From Nitrosopumilus sp. (GTDB taxonomy: Archaea; Thermoproteota; Nitrososphaeria; Nitrososphaerales; Nitrosopumilaceae), in the NCBI GenBank assembly GCA_963667665.2, contig OY763927.2, forward strand, positions 352,001 through 416,000: a stretch of DNA of 64,000 bases. Reading direction: 5' to 3'. Positions 10,701-21,128 of this stretch are shown one piece after another. The stretch's first letter is position 1. Every line of letters starts with the position of its first letter. The position numbers and the translations under genes are program-made. The notes under the pieces are model-generated. The model saw only the letters and a program-made list of their open reading frames with translations. It searched no databases and was not told the DNA's origin.

Positions 10701-11009
10701 ATGACACAAACTGCCCGTGTAAAACTTACTTCCGTTGATTTAAAAAAATTAGATGGTGTTTGTGGCGAAATTATGGGAATTGGTAAAAAAACCGGTGTCA
10801 AAATAAAAGGTCCTACCCCACTTCCTGTCAAAAGATTACACATTGCTACTAGAAAATCTCCATGTGGTAGTGGTACTGAAACCTATGAAAAATGGGAAAT
10901 GAGAATGCATAGAAGAATAATTAACATTAACGCTGATGATAAAGCTATAAGACAACTAATGAGGCTTAAAATTCCTGATGATGTCTACATTGAATTGTCT
11001 TTGACATAA
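10701..11009 (+). CDS. rpsJ: 30S ribosomal protein S10
   Basis: KGPTPLP, TRKSPCGSG, WEMRMHRR; follows tuf. Confidence 0.98.
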   Translation: MTQTARVKLTSVDLKKLDGVCGEIMGIGKKTGVKIKGPTPLPVKRLHIATRKSPCGSGTETYEKWEMRMHRRIININADDKAIRQLMRLKIPDDVYIELSLT

Positions 11010-11035
11010 TTTGGTATCCTTAAATTACAGAAATT

Positions 11036-11257
11036 TTGATGATAAATATGGTTGACGAAAACATAGATTCTATTGAAGAAACCCCTGTAGAGGAGACTCC
11101 TGCAGAGACATTTGATGTAATTTACTCTTGTCTTAGATGTGCAACTAATGTCTCTAATGAAGAATTATCTCGCTTACCTGAAATCAAATGCATCTGTGGA
11201 TTTAGAGTATTTACCAAAGTAAGACCTCCTGTAGTAAAAACAATAAAAGCAATTTAA
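11036..11257 (+). CDS. rpoP: RNA polymerase subunit P (Rpo12)
   Basis: YSCLRC..IKCICGFRVFTKVR zinc ribbon. Confidence 0.85.
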   Translation: MMINMVDENIDSIEETPVEETPAETFDVIYSCLRCATNVSNEELSRLPEIKCICGFRVFTKVRPPVVKTIKAI

Positions 11258-11455
11258 CTATCTGTCTTTTTTATAACTGTGTTCTCTTTGTAAATGAGTT
11301 CTCATATCTTCCATGTTTGAAAAATATTTGTTACATTCTTTACAATCATATTGTAAATCTTTCCCATGAAAAATCTGTTTATGATTCATTAACTCTTCTT
11401 CTTTTGAAAATTTTTTGTCACAACTATCGCATTTAATTTTATTAAAAAATTTCAC
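11258..11455 (-). CDS. C2H2 zinc-finger protein
   Basis: Two CxxC-x12-HxxxxH fingers. Confidence 0.85.
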   Translation of the reverse strand: MKFFNKIKCDSCDKKFSKEEELMNHKQIFHGKDLQYDCKECNKYFSNMEDMRTHLQREHSYKKDR

Positions 11456-11457
11456 TT

Positions 11458-11868
11458 TTATCCAAACTCTGCTTTCTTTTCATCCCAACAAGTCCTACAG
11501 AGATGACCCTCAATCTTCCAATTTCCTTTTGCATTATATCTGAATAGTCCCATCTTTCCTCCACATAATGCACAAAAATTTTTTTTCTTAGTATGGGTTT
11601 CTTCTTTTTTGTCAAAACATTCTTTGCATAACAAACCTTCCATATCCCATTGCCATCTCGGTTCCCACAAATCTGTAATCTTTTTAGTTGTTTTACATAC
11701 TATACATGGCTGTCTTACTGTGCCTTCATAGTATTCCTTTGATTTATCAAAATGACAATCCCCACAAAGTCTACCTTGAATGTTCCATTCTTTTTTTGGT
11801 TTGTGTTTGTGAGTTAACTCCTTGTTACAAACAGCACAAAATGAAGGCTTTTTACTAAATAATCCCAT
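11458..11868 (-). CDS. Cys-rich protein with three repeated Zn-binding units
   Basis: Three CxxC...W.(I/M).G.LCxxC units. Confidence 0.75.
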   Translation of the reverse strand: MGLFSKKPSFCAVCNKELTHKHKPKKEWNIQGRLCGDCHFDKSKEYYEGTVRQPCIVCKTTKKITDLWEPRWQWDMEGLLCKECFDKKEETHTKKKNFCALCGGKMGLFRYNAKGNWKIEGHLCRTCWDEKKAEFG

Positions 11869-11925
11869 AATCTCTATGAGATTTCAAATAATTTAATCTA
11901 TTAAATGTAAATAAAAAAGAAAGGA

Positions 11926-12198
11926 TTAGAGTCTTAGTAACTCTGTTCCTCGTCTGGTTGAAATGTAGTGTCCTCCTAATTTAGGAAGTATTGTTCTGGG
12001 CATCTCTGTAAGATCAATCATGGATGTACCCTTAGCACTTGCAATTTTCAAACTCCCAAATTCGCTAAGTTTTGCTTCTTGAGCTTGTTTGAATTCCTTA
12101 CCTGCCCAATTCATAGATTTTACTGATTCTATGATAGTTTTGGTACCTTTCTCTACACTTCTGACAACTATTGTATCCACAAAGTCTATTCCTGACAT
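11926..12198 (-). CDS. Hypothetical protein
   Basis: 90-aa ORF followed by a T-rich terminator on the minus strand. Confidence 0.65.
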   Translation of the reverse strand: MSGIDFVDTIVVRSVEKGTKTIIESVKSMNWAGKEFKQAQEAKLSEFGSLKIASAKGTSMIDLTEMPRTILPKLGGHYISTRRGTELLRL

Positions 12199-12327
12199 TA
12201 CACTTCATACACAGAAAAAGTAGATATGGTCTAGTTAGCTGAGATGATAATCTTTTAGCTCAATATACAATTTCATGACCCAAGAAAACTTGCGTTAAGC
12301 AGTGAAAATAAAAATAACAAGAATCTC

Positions 12328-12450
12328 TTATTTGTTTAAGATTTTTTCAAGAGCCTGGCTTGCATTGAGCATACCGTTTCTCTTTGCAAATTCTTCGATC
12401 ATTTTGAATTGTTTTTCAGTAAAACATACTGGCATTGAACGTCTTTCCAT
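12328..12450 (-). CDS. Small ribbon-helix-helix/CopG-like protein (not in ORF track)
   Basis: Manual translation MERRSMPVCFTEKQFKMIEEFAKRNGMLNASQALEKILNK. Confidence 0.6.
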   Translation of the reverse strand: MERRSMPVCFTEKQFKMIEEFAKRNGMLNASQALEKILNK

Positions 12451-12547
12451 GAATATGATCTGTATAATTAACTAATATCTTTTGCTCTCAGAATCGGTCT
12501 CTTTTGTATAATCCCCTTTGTAAAATCATAAACTAGTCTGAGACTTA

Positions 12548-13339
12548 CTAATTGCTCAAATTAAAATATCTTATAATAAAAAAAATAATAGTACCTACAA
12601 TAACTCCAATTGTTATTAATTTTAAAATACGTTCTTTCTTTCTGATGATATGATGATCTCCGTTATCTCTTTTGAGCAATTTGTATTGTCTAGATGTTTT
12701 TATCAATGCATAGGTAACTCCTGCAGTAATTGTAGCAATAATTACTGTCTCAATAGAAATTGAATTTGTTTGGATAACAGAACCTGCAAAAACAGGTAGA
12801 ATGCCCCACGAAAACACTGTTGATATATTATTGTGAAATTTACCTCCAAACAGTTCTAGACTATATGCAAATAGAAAAAAACCTTCAACAATACCTATTG
12901 GAAAAAGCCAAGGAGAATCTAAAAATGCAAAATAAATTCCAACATAAAATGCAATACTTACAGCAAATATTGCTATAATCCCAATCTTCTTTTTTGGCAG
13001 ACTTCCCCAAGGTTTTGTTTTTCCTCCAACTGCATCAAGCAGGTGAGCTCCTACTCCTAGTGCTAAAATGTATATCACACAAATTGCAACTACTCGCTCT
13101 AATTGTAGAGGTCCTGAAATTGCTCCTAATGCGGCAAAGCAAGTAACAATACTAGTGTATGGTAAAAATAAAATTCCTATACTAATTCGAAATTTTTTAG
13201 AGCCAAATTTTGGAACAAACCATTCTGATGTTCTATCCCCTTGCAATAATCTTGTTTGGACTTTGTTGCTTATATGATCACGGAATAGACAACTGATATA
13301 ATTGATAAAATGACTGATTGGCTTGTGAACAAATATCAA
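12548..13339 (-). CDS. Multi-pass membrane protein (possibly UbiA-like); start uncertain
   Basis: About 7-8 hydrophobic segments, AHLLDAVGG. Confidence 0.6.
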   Translation of the reverse strand: MIFVHKPISHFINYISCLFRDHISNKVQTRLLQGDRTSEWFVPKFGSKKFRISIGILFLPYTSIVTCFAALGAISGPLQLERVVAICVIYILALGVGAHLLDAVGGKTKPWGSLPKKKIGIIAIFAVSIAFYVGIYFAFLDSPWLFPIGIVEGFFLFAYSLELFGGKFHNNISTVFSWGILPVFAGSVIQTNSISIETVIIATITAGVTYALIKTSRQYKLLKRDNGDHHIIRKKERILKLITIGVIVGTIIFFIIRYFNLSN

Positions 13340-13729
13340 AAATTTATCAAAAAAGGAGTCATTGAATCACTTGACAAGGTTCCTTTTCACAATAAGGCCC
13401 CAATCAAACGATTATCTATGTTGAACAAAACTTTGATTCCTCAATCAGATACCCATATTGCAGTTCACTTTGTAGATGCTTCAATAGTTCTTCCCAAATA
13501 TAGTAAATTACACAAACATGATCATGATGAAATTAATTTGATACTCTCTGAAGATTCCAGCTTAACATATGAGATTCAATTTGAAGATGAATCCTATCAA
13601 GTAACATCACCTTCAACCATATTCATTCCAAAGGGAACACGACATAGTGCACAGGCAATTTCAGGTAAGGGACTTTTTGTATGTATAATTTTATCAAATA
13701 ATGTAAATTCTTCTTCTCAAAACAATTGA
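13310..13729 (+). CDS. Cupin-fold protein
   Basis: HKHDHDE and FIPKGTRH cupin motifs. Confidence 0.8.
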   Translation: MTDWLVNKYQKFIKKGVIESLDKVPFHNKAPIKRLSMLNKTLIPQSDTHIAVHFVDASIVLPKYSKLHKHDHDEINLILSEDSSLTYEIQFEDESYQVTSPSTIFIPKGTRHSAQAISGKGLFVCIILSNNVNSSSQNN

Positions 13730-13762
13730 AACCCTAAAAAGCAAATATCTAATAATTCTAAT

Positions 13763-14017
13763 ATGAAAATAACTGAAATAGAAATTGATGATAGCCAAAC
13801 AGGCTATTGTTGGGTTCAAATATATACTGGGAATAGAAAAAAAGCAATTTTATTAAAACATCAAATTTTATCTGATCAAGCAATTCGGGAAAGACTTGAA
13901 AAAGAAATTATACAAAGCCAAAACATATCTACCAATTCCTCGACACCGATGGAAGTTACATTCCAAAGTTTTCTTACCACAAAACTCAAATTAATTCATG
14001 AAGGAGAAAACGAATGA
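13763..14017 (+). CDS. Hypothetical protein
   Basis: 84-aa ORF overlapping the next start (ATGA). Confidence 0.55.
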   Translation: MKITEIEIDDSQTGYCWVQIYTGNRKKAILLKHQILSDQAIRERLEKEIIQSQNISTNSSTPMEVTFQSFLTTKLKLIHEGENE

Positions 14018-14625
14018 CAAAGAAACGTCAGATCTTAGTTATTGGTAATAATACAAATGGCTGTACACCAAAACATGAAAAAATTGCCTACGAAGTCGGA
14101 GAAAAAATTGCAAAATCTGATTCTGTTTTAATAACTGGTGGATTGGGAGGTGTGATGAAAGCTGCATCACATGGAGCTCATGATGCAAATGGTTTGAGTA
14201 TAGGAATAATTCCTCAAGAGGATGCTACATTGGCTAATCAATTCTGTGACATTGTAATTCCAACTGGAATGGGACTTGCTCGTGATTTTTTAAATGCATT
14301 AAGTGCTGATGGAATAATAATTGTCGGTGGTGGATCTGGTACTTTGTCAGAAGTATGTGCTGCATACATGTACAAAAAACCAATGGTTGCAATCCGAAAC
14401 ATTGGTGGTTCTGTTGAACAATACATTGATGGTTTTCTTGATCACAGAAAAAATATCAAAATCATTGGAGTTGATACTCCTGAAGATGCAGTACAAACAA
14501 TTTTAGAATTAATTTCTAAATCATTCGACAAAGACACAGAATCATCTGATGCTGAAATCCTTGATGATTTTAATAAAATTAAAAGTGGTGAGGTTTCAAG
14601 AATGGCTCAAAAGAATTCTGATTAA
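14014..14625 (+). CDS. LOG-family / TIGR00725 Rossmann-fold protein
   Basis: TGGLGGVM, GGGSGTLSE. Confidence 0.9.
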   Translation: MTKKRQILVIGNNTNGCTPKHEKIAYEVGEKIAKSDSVLITGGLGGVMKAASHGAHDANGLSIGIIPQEDATLANQFCDIVIPTGMGLARDFLNALSADGIIIVGGGSGTLSEVCAAYMYKKPMVAIRNIGGSVEQYIDGFLDHRKNIKIIGVDTPEDAVQTILELISKSFDKDTESSDAEILDDFNKIKSGEVSRMAQKNSD

Positions 14626-14814
14626 TATTATATTTTGTGGTGAATTATTCCATTTTGGATCTAGAAATGTCCCCAAAATTCCCTATTCTTTATGGATTAA
14701 TTTATCGTAATGAAACTATGATTGGAAGTAAGATGAGATTTTTTGTACCTATTAGACCAAGCAGAAGATCATCTGATGAAGACGAATAAGTTGAAAATTC
14801 TCTAATTTCCCTAA

Positions 14815-15954
14815 TTATTGCATAGAGACTAGTAATGGATCTGGTCTGTAAAATTCACCATGTTCTTCAGCCAGTTTGTTTAATTCATCAACAATTTTTT
14901 TGATACCTATTTCTTTTGCTGTTTCAAACAATGGTTTTTTGAGTCCTAATCCTAATTGTGCTGCTTTTTCAATCTCATCTATGTCACTTGCTCCGTTTGA
15001 AACTAACCATGCTGCATTGTTTAGAATGTTGGCAACAATTTGAATTGGATCACATTTTGCTGCTAATTCTTCTGAAAGTGCAACTCTTTCATATTTGTCA
15101 TCTGCATATTTGTAATATCCTTCTCCAGATTTTTGTCCAAGTTTTTTTTCATCAAACATTTTTTCAACTAGAGGATGAGGATTGATTACTTTTTTGTCTC
15201 GTAAATGCATCTCTACTGTAGCTTTGTGAATTACATCCATTCCTGTAAAATCTGCCAACTCAAATATGCCCATTGGGAATCCTAATTTGAATTTGAATGC
15301 TGAATCAATCTCTTCTAGTGTTACACCTGTTCTATCTTTTAGATAACATGCTTCATGAACCATTGGTATAAACAATCTATTGATTATGAACCCTGGAACA
15401 TCTTTTCTACATATTACTGCAATTTTGTTAACTGATTTTACATACTCTTTTGTTAAATCAATTATTTCTTGTGATGTTTTCTCTCCAGGAATTATTTCTA
15501 CTAGTTTCATTAATTGTGGTGGATTGAAAAAATGAATTCCAATAAATTTTTCAGGACGTGATGTGGTATTTGCTATTTCGGTGATTGGTAATGTACTTGT
15601 ATTTGATGCAAAAACTACTTCTGGTGCTGCTGCCTTGTCTAATTCAGCATAAACTTTTTTCTTTAAATCCATAATTTCTGGAACTACTTCTATGACTAGT
15701 TCTGCATCTTTTACTGCTTCATTCAAATCTACAACGGGTGTAATTCTTGAAAAAATTGCATCGCCTTCTTCTTTTGAAATTTTTTCTTTTGAAACTAGTT
15801 TATCTATACTCCATTTTACTTTCTCCATCGCTTTATCCAAAAACCCTTGTTCAATATCACGTAACACTACATTGTATCCTGCAGTTGCTGAAACTTGAGC
15901 AATTCCGTGTCCCATAACTCCAGAACCTAAAACTGTGATGTTTTTTACTGCCAT
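14815..15954 (-). CDS. 3-hydroxyacyl-CoA (3-hydroxybutyryl-CoA) dehydrogenase
   Basis: GSGVMGHGIA, SNTSTL, GIHFFNP, PGFIINR. Confidence 0.93.
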   Translation of the reverse strand: MAVKNITVLGSGVMGHGIAQVSATAGYNVVLRDIEQGFLDKAMEKVKWSIDKLVSKEKISKEEGDAIFSRITPVVDLNEAVKDAELVIEVVPEIMDLKKKVYAELDKAAAPEVVFASNTSTLPITEIANTTSRPEKFIGIHFFNPPQLMKLVEIIPGEKTSQEIIDLTKEYVKSVNKIAVICRKDVPGFIINRLFIPMVHEACYLKDRTGVTLEEIDSAFKFKLGFPMGIFELADFTGMDVIHKATVEMHLRDKKVINPHPLVEKMFDEKKLGQKSGEGYYKYADDKYERVALSEELAAKCDPIQIVANILNNAAWLVSNGASDIDEIEKAAQLGLGLKKPLFETAKEIGIKKIVDELNKLAEEHGEFYRPDPLLVSMQ

Positions 15955-16008
15955 AGTTTTTCAAAAATTGAGCATCCTTTATAATGTATTTCAAAATATT
16001 ATCAGTTA

Positions 16009-16176
16009 ATGGGTCTGTTCAAACGCAACAAAGAGAAGGAAAACATAACAAAATGTGAAAAATGTGGCACAGAATTACATGATCCTGAACGTTTGAAAAG
16101 ACATATGAAAAAAGCACATGGAAACGTCCCTGAAAAGAAATTAGATCCAAATTCAGGTGATGGTGGCTTATGGTAA
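16009..16176 (+). CDS. Small C2H2 zinc-finger protein (not in ORF track)
   Basis: Manual translation MGLFKRNKEKENITKCEKCGTELHDPERLKRHMKKAHG... Confidence 0.7.
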   Translation: MGLFKRNKEKENITKCEKCGTELHDPERLKRHMKKAHGNVPEKKLDPNSGDGGLW

Positions 16177-16177
16177 T

Positions 16178-16456
16178 ATGGAACTTAGTTCAAGTCAAAA
16201 AACTAGTTTAGTTTTTGGAGGTGCTTTTTTAGTTGCTGGAATTATTTTATCAACTATGATTTTCCCATTTTGGCATCTAATTCGAGAAGATGTCTTTGAA
16301 GATGTGGTGATATTAACAAATGATGATGGTATTTGTTATGTTGAAACTATAGATAATGTTCCAAAGACAATCAAAGATTGTAATCTCAACCCAGGTGATA
16401 AAACAACAATCAAGTTTGGGAAGGATCTTGCGTGGGCTAGTATTGTTTCCCCCTAA
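16178..16456 (+). CDS. Membrane-anchored hypothetical protein
   Basis: MELSSSQK start 1 nt after upstream stop; one TM helix. Confidence 0.7.
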   Translation: MELSSSQKTSLVFGGAFLVAGIILSTMIFPFWHLIREDVFEDVVILTNDDGICYVETIDNVPKTIKDCNLNPGDKTTIKFGKDLAWASIVSP

Positions 16457-16491
16457 TCGATGATTTAATATTTTAAAAAATCTGATAAACA

Positions 16492-16902
16492 ATGATGGAA
16501 TGTATTTTTTGTAAAATTGTTGCAGGTGAAATTCCAGCAAAAATTCTTAAAGAAACCTCAAACTCTATCTCATTTTTAGATGCATTTCCTCTTGCAAAGG
16601 GTCATGTGCTTGTAATTTCAAAAAATCATCATCAAAAAATTCAGGATATGAGCCCTGAAGAAAATTCTGATTTATTTTCACTAGTCCATTTGATGATTTC
16701 TAAAGTTGATGCCTTAACTGGTGCAACTTTAGTTGCAGTACATAATGGGAAAGAAGCTGGGCAAGAAGTACCTCATGTTCATGTACATTTAGTTCCGCGA
16801 AGTGTAGATGATTCGGCAGGTACCATTCATAGCATGTTTGATTCTACATTGAAATTATCTGAATCAGAAATTGGAGAGCTTTACAATAAATTAAAAATTT
16901 AA
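16492..16902 (+). CDS. HIT family hydrolase
   Basis: CIFCKI, HVHVH motif. Confidence 0.95.
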   Translation: MMECIFCKIVAGEIPAKILKETSNSISFLDAFPLAKGHVLVISKNHHQKIQDMSPEENSDLFSLVHLMISKVDALTGATLVAVHNGKEAGQEVPHVHVHLVPRSVDDSAGTIHSMFDSTLKLSESEIGELYNKLKI

Positions 16903-16904
16903 TC

Positions 16905-17582
16905 TTAGTAAGGAAACAATATCTCTTTTGTATTGAGATTTTCTACTTTGATTGCTTTTGTTGGACAAGTCTGTGCAGCATTCATTATTTTGTTTATTCC
17001 TGCACCTTTTTGATTGATTACAGATGATTTAGGATTTGATCTAGTTTGTCTATTTATTTCAAAAACTCCAGGTGCTATAGTTTCACAGCTACAACAACCA
17101 ATACACAAGCTTTTATCTACATCCACGAAAAGGTTTGGCTGTTTATTTGGTTCTTTCGCTTTATCGTATTCTCCATTTCTACCGTCTGGACGTATACGCG
17201 CATTGTATTCTTTCCAGAATTTATTTTCATATTCTTTCCAAAACTCAGGATCCCCTTCCTCAACTTCACGAGTATATTTACTCCAGTCTTGTTCAGGAAT
17301 TTTGTCACCAGCTGGAGATGTCCATTTAGGTTTTCTCTTAACGTTTGTAGTATTTGATTTCTGTTGAGTATCTTCTTGATGTGCTAAATTGTCATTTTGA
17401 TTATAGTTTTTCTTTAGGAAAGTATATGCTTCAGTAATTTTTTTAAATTCAACATCCTCATTTTTATCCTTATTTTTGTCAGGATGTAATTCTAATGCAA
17501 GCTTTCTGTATGCTACCTTGATCTCATCTTGTGATGGGTTTGATTTTACATTTAGTACTTTGAGTGCTTGATATGAATTCAC
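16905..17582 (-). CDS. DnaJ-domain/ferredoxin fusion protein
   Basis: HPDKN J-domain plus CIGCCSC...CP ferredoxin. Confidence 0.92.
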   Translation of the reverse strand: MNSYQALKVLNVKSNPSQDEIKVAYRKLALELHPDKNKDKNEDVEFKKITEAYTFLKKNYNQNDNLAHQEDTQQKSNTTNVKRKPKWTSPAGDKIPEQDWSKYTREVEEGDPEFWKEYENKFWKEYNARIRPDGRNGEYDKAKEPNKQPNLFVDVDKSLCIGCCSCETIAPGVFEINRQTRSNPKSSVINQKGAGINKIMNAAQTCPTKAIKVENLNTKEILFPY

Positions 17583-17644
17583 TAAATTATAATGACTCGT
17601 AATATGTTAAAAACAATTGCATAATGTATGGCATTACAATTTGT

Positions 17645-18007
17645 CTATTCTAATAAAATTTCATCATCTGCTTTCCATGCAGGTTCAACTATGCATAAAA
17701 ATTTCAAATCAATTGAGCCTATATTTTCAATAAATTGCTTAGAATTTGGTGGAACATATGCAGAATCATCTTTTTCAAGGTGATGTGTCTCTTCATCGAT
17801 CTTTAGGTTTCCACATCCTTCCAAAATATAATATATTTCAGATGAACTAATTTTGTGAAGTTTAGATTTTCTTCCTAGACCTAGTGTGAATTGAGCAATG
17901 CTATAATTAATTCCATTTAGTGTGTTATGTGGGTGGAAATATTGTTTTATTTTGGTACCTTCATCTCCTTGAATGGAATCAATTTCAGAATTTCTTCTTA
18001 ATGACAT
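17645..18007 (-). CDS. Cupin domain protein
   Basis: SKLH..SSEIYYILEG, YVPP. Confidence 0.85.
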   Translation of the reverse strand: MSLRRNSEIDSIQGDEGTKIKQYFHPHNTLNGINYSIAQFTLGLGRKSKLHKISSSEIYYILEGCGNLKIDEETHHLEKDDSAYVPPNSKQFIENIGSIDLKFLCIVEPAWKADDEILLE

Positions 18008-18012
18008 ATTGT

Positions 18013-18468
18013 CTAAATAATTTTTGAAACTTTGGTTTTAAAATCTGATTCGTACCATGTTGTTTTGTATATTTCATTTTTTCTAGGTAGAATGTTTATT
18101 GCAATGTGGGAGAATGTTTTTTTCTTGTCAATTGAACCATGGGTATGATATGTCTTTGCTGGAATGTATACTATATCTCCTTCATTGAGGCTGATTTTTT
18201 CTGTTCTTTTTATCTTAAAGTTAGTTTTACTTGTTCCATATCTTCGAAAAATCTCAAGGCTTCCCTTACCTTTTGTTGCAATTAGCACTTGATTTCCATT
18301 ATGTGCATGAAGTTTTGTTCTAGATCCTTTCTCAAAATGTACATGATAGATGTCTTGATCTTTTGATTTTATTTTCTCTGAGAGAACCTTCATCCATGTT
18401 TTATTTGTAAACCAATCAGGATTTACTTTTCTTTTATCTCCAAATCCAAAAATATTTGATTTTTTCAT
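18013..18468 (-). CDS. Cupin domain protein
   Basis: TKLHAH, GDIVYIPAKTYHTHG. Confidence 0.88.
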   Translation of the reverse strand: MKKSNIFGFGDKRKVNPDWFTNKTWMKVLSEKIKSKDQDIYHVHFEKGSRTKLHAHNGNQVLIATKGKGSLEIFRRYGTSKTNFKIKRTEKISLNEGDIVYIPAKTYHTHGSIDKKKTFSHIAINILPRKNEIYKTTWYESDFKTKVSKII

Positions 18469-18469
18469 T

Positions 18470-18835
18470 CTAAATTCTATCCAAAATTTTCTTTTTCTTT
18501 GCTTGGAATTCTTTTTCTGTAATTACTCCATTGGTTCTTAACTTTCCAAGTTTTTTTAGTATCTCCAAATCTTCTTTGGTATTTGATGTTACATTTTTTG
18601 CAGCTGAAATTCCTTCATTAATTTTTTTAATTCCTCTTTTATGTAGAGAATCTCTTTCTTTTTTTGCTTGATTACGAAGTTCTTTGCTTGTCTTGCTAGC
18701 TTGTTTTGCAGTCATTGCTCCAAGTTCCACTGCATTATCTAACACTTCATCTGCTTTTTTTACTCCTTCTTGTAGTGCCTTGTCTGCTTTTTTTAGCAAT
18801 TTTTCAATATAGCCACCTTTTTTTGCTATTCCCAT
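18470..18835 (-). CDS. SHOCT-domain protein
   Basis: C-terminal LKKLGKLRTNGVITEKEFQAKKKKIL. Confidence 0.85.
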   Translation of the reverse strand: MGIAKKGGYIEKLLKKADKALQEGVKKADEVLDNAVELGAMTAKQASKTSKELRNQAKKERDSLHKRGIKKINEGISAAKNVTSNTKEDLEILKKLGKLRTNGVITEKEFQAKKKKILDRI

Positions 18836-18916
18836 ATTTTTTGTATGATTTCAATTCTATTATCTCTTTCTTAGTGGAATTGGTTTAATAGATGGAATCG
18901 TATACTTTGTGTAGTT

Positions 18917-19621
18917 TTGGCAAAGACTAATGATGTAAAGATAATTGTTCTAAGAAAAAAAATTGATGAAGAAGAGGCAATGGAAATTATTCAACAAAAG
19001 AAAACAATTCCATTCAAATCTCTGCTTTCACGTCCAAAAAAAGAACAAGTGCATGTTCATTCATTGAAATTAAACTACGAATGCATTTTGATGGTTTCCG
19101 GAAAATATGTAGCTGATTATTACCGAAAAGCAACTCACACTATTTCTGTAAATTATAATATTCGTGATGTGGTATTGGGTGGTGGTCTTTTTCTTGTGCG
19201 TTCTAAATCTGGATTTGCAAAGACACTTTCTGGAAAACGTGGTAAAAATAAAATTGATTTAAAATTAGAAGAGCATATTTTTATCGAAGAAGAAGATGAA
19301 TTGATTTTTGATCATCATGGGCATGAAATAAAATTCCCATTTAAATTAAATTCAAAGACTGTTGAAAATTATCCCAAACGAATTTTAGAAAAAAACCTAC
19401 AAAATATCAAAAAACCAGAAATAACTAATGATTTGGCAATTGAGAAACTTCAATCTCTACTCAAAAAACCTGTAGAAACAGATGTTCGTGATGTAACTGA
19501 AGAATTTGACTTGCGAGAAATTACTGAAGTTTATGTTCCAATCTTTGAGGCAAGACTAATTGGTCCTAAAAAGAAGGTTGGAATTATTCGTCTAGATGCA
19601 GTGCGAAAAAAGATTCTGTAA
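18917..19621 (+). CDS. Hypothetical protein
   Basis: 234-aa ORF. Confidence 0.75.
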   Translation: MAKTNDVKIIVLRKKIDEEEAMEIIQQKKTIPFKSLLSRPKKEQVHVHSLKLNYECILMVSGKYVADYYRKATHTISVNYNIRDVVLGGGLFLVRSKSGFAKTLSGKRGKNKIDLKLEEHIFIEEEDELIFDHHGHEIKFPFKLNSKTVENYPKRILEKNLQNIKKPEITNDLAIEKLQSLLKKPVETDVRDVTEEFDLREITEVYVPIFEARLIGPKKKVGIIRLDAVRKKIL

Positions 19622-19637
19622 TTTAACTAATCTAATT

Positions 19638-20459
19638 CTATAGTTTTACAAGTTTTCTGAATTGATCATTTTCATATAGTTCCTCAAAGATTTTCTCTTC
19701 TTTTGCCCATCCGCGTATTACTTTGGGACTTTTAGAGACTGCCAGTTTTAACAACTCTAATGATTCAGGATACATTCCTAATGCTGCTTTACTTCGAGAT
19801 TTTGCATAAATGACATTTACATTATCTTTGAATTTTTCAAGAATCTCATCAAACACCCTTAATGCTTTTTCATGTTGTCCTAATTCTGCTAACTGGATAC
19901 CTTTTTGAAAAAATGCATCTTGATTTTTAGGATATTTTTTACAAACATTTTGAAAACAATTTAGAGCTTCTTCATGTTTTTTCATTTTACCTAATACTAT
20001 TCCTTTGTAGACTAGAGCGTTTGGTTTTCTTGGTTCTATGGATATTGCTTTATCTAAAAATTCTATGGCTTCTTCACGTTCTTGTAATTTATCAAGCAAA
20101 ACTCCTTTGTTAAAATATGATGCTGCATTTTTTGGATCAGCCTCTATTGCTTTATCATAGCATTCTGATGCTTCTTGAATATTTCCCATCTCTGCCATTG
20201 CAATTCCTTTGTTGTTATATGCTTGAGCATCTTTTGGATTAATCTCTAATAGTTTTTCAAAACATGTTACTGCGTCAGTATATTTTTTTCTCTGATTTAG
20301 TGCCAAACCTTTGTTAAATAATGCAGAAACATTTTCAGAATCTTGCTTTAGAACCTTGTTAAATAATGCAATGGCAACTTTTGGCTGATTTTCATCCATC
20401 ATCGAAATTGCATTATACAATAAATCTTCTACATTTTCTTTTGAACCAAATAATCCCAT
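19638..20459 (-). CDS. Tetratricopeptide repeat protein
   Basis: Repeated 34-aa NKG..L...A...F/Y..A...P units. Confidence 0.92.
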   Translation of the reverse strand: MGLFGSKENVEDLLYNAISMMDENQPKVAIALFNKVLKQDSENVSALFNKGLALNQRKKYTDAVTCFEKLLEINPKDAQAYNNKGIAMAEMGNIQEASECYDKAIEADPKNAASYFNKGVLLDKLQEREEAIEFLDKAISIEPRKPNALVYKGIVLGKMKKHEEALNCFQNVCKKYPKNQDAFFQKGIQLAELGQHEKALRVFDEILEKFKDNVNVIYAKSRSKAALGMYPESLELLKLAVSKSPKVIRGWAKEEKIFEELYENDQFRKLVKL

Positions 20460-20496
20460 AATTCCTCCAAAATGATATGGCTAATGAAAGTTTGGC

Positions 20497-20616
20497 TTAT
20501 CCTAATGACTTGAATTTCTTAATTGCTTCTTTTGCCATTTCTTCTTGCTCTTTTGCTGAAGTATCAATAGGGTCCTCTGTGGCGTAATCCTCTTTTACTT
20601 CTTTTTTCTTTTCCAT
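20497..20616 (-). CDS. Small charged hypothetical protein (not in ORF track)
   Basis: Manual translation MEKKKEVKEDYATEDPIDTSAKEQEEMAKEAIKKFKSLG. Confidence 0.45.
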   Translation of the reverse strand: MEKKKEVKEDYATEDPIDTSAKEQEEMAKEAIKKFKSLG

Positions 20617-20687
20617 GCTTTTCTTGAATAGTTATTTTATAAAAATTTGAAGATAAGCTTAATTTGAATTAGAATTGAGTTTGATTA

Positions 20688-21050
20688 TTGCCAAATTCTG
20701 AAATCAAATATCTATCTGATAAGATTCATGTGCATAGGTGGCCTCAAGACAGTCCAGTTTGGGATGATTTTACACAAAAACAGATAGTTGATTCAATTAA
20801 CAAAAATCCTGAAAAAAAACAAGTTACAATTAAAGAAAAAATTATTCAAATTGAAGATTTTGAATTTACATCTCTCAAAAATATTGGAATTTCAGTACCC
20901 TTTTTCAAAGAAGAGTGTACTCTGATATTTGAAGCTCAATTTGACAAACTTTTTGCCCATGTTCATATCACTATAAAATCTGAAAATTATGTAGATGTCT
21001 TTAATGAATTAATTTCTTGGAAGAAAAATTTTGTTGAAAGATTTGGATGA
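20688..21050 (+). CDS. Hypothetical protein
   Basis: 120-aa ORF. Confidence 0.7.
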   Translation: MPNSEIKYLSDKIHVHRWPQDSPVWDDFTQKQIVDSINKNPEKKQVTIKEKIIQIEDFEFTSLKNIGISVPFFKEECTLIFEAQFDKLFAHVHITIKSENYVDVFNELISWKKNFVERFG

Positions 21051-21128
21051 TCGTTAGGTTACCTTATGGTTACTAAGTATAGAGTCTATCACTTTCCAAT
21101 TTAATTACCCCTCATTATGTGATAAGGC

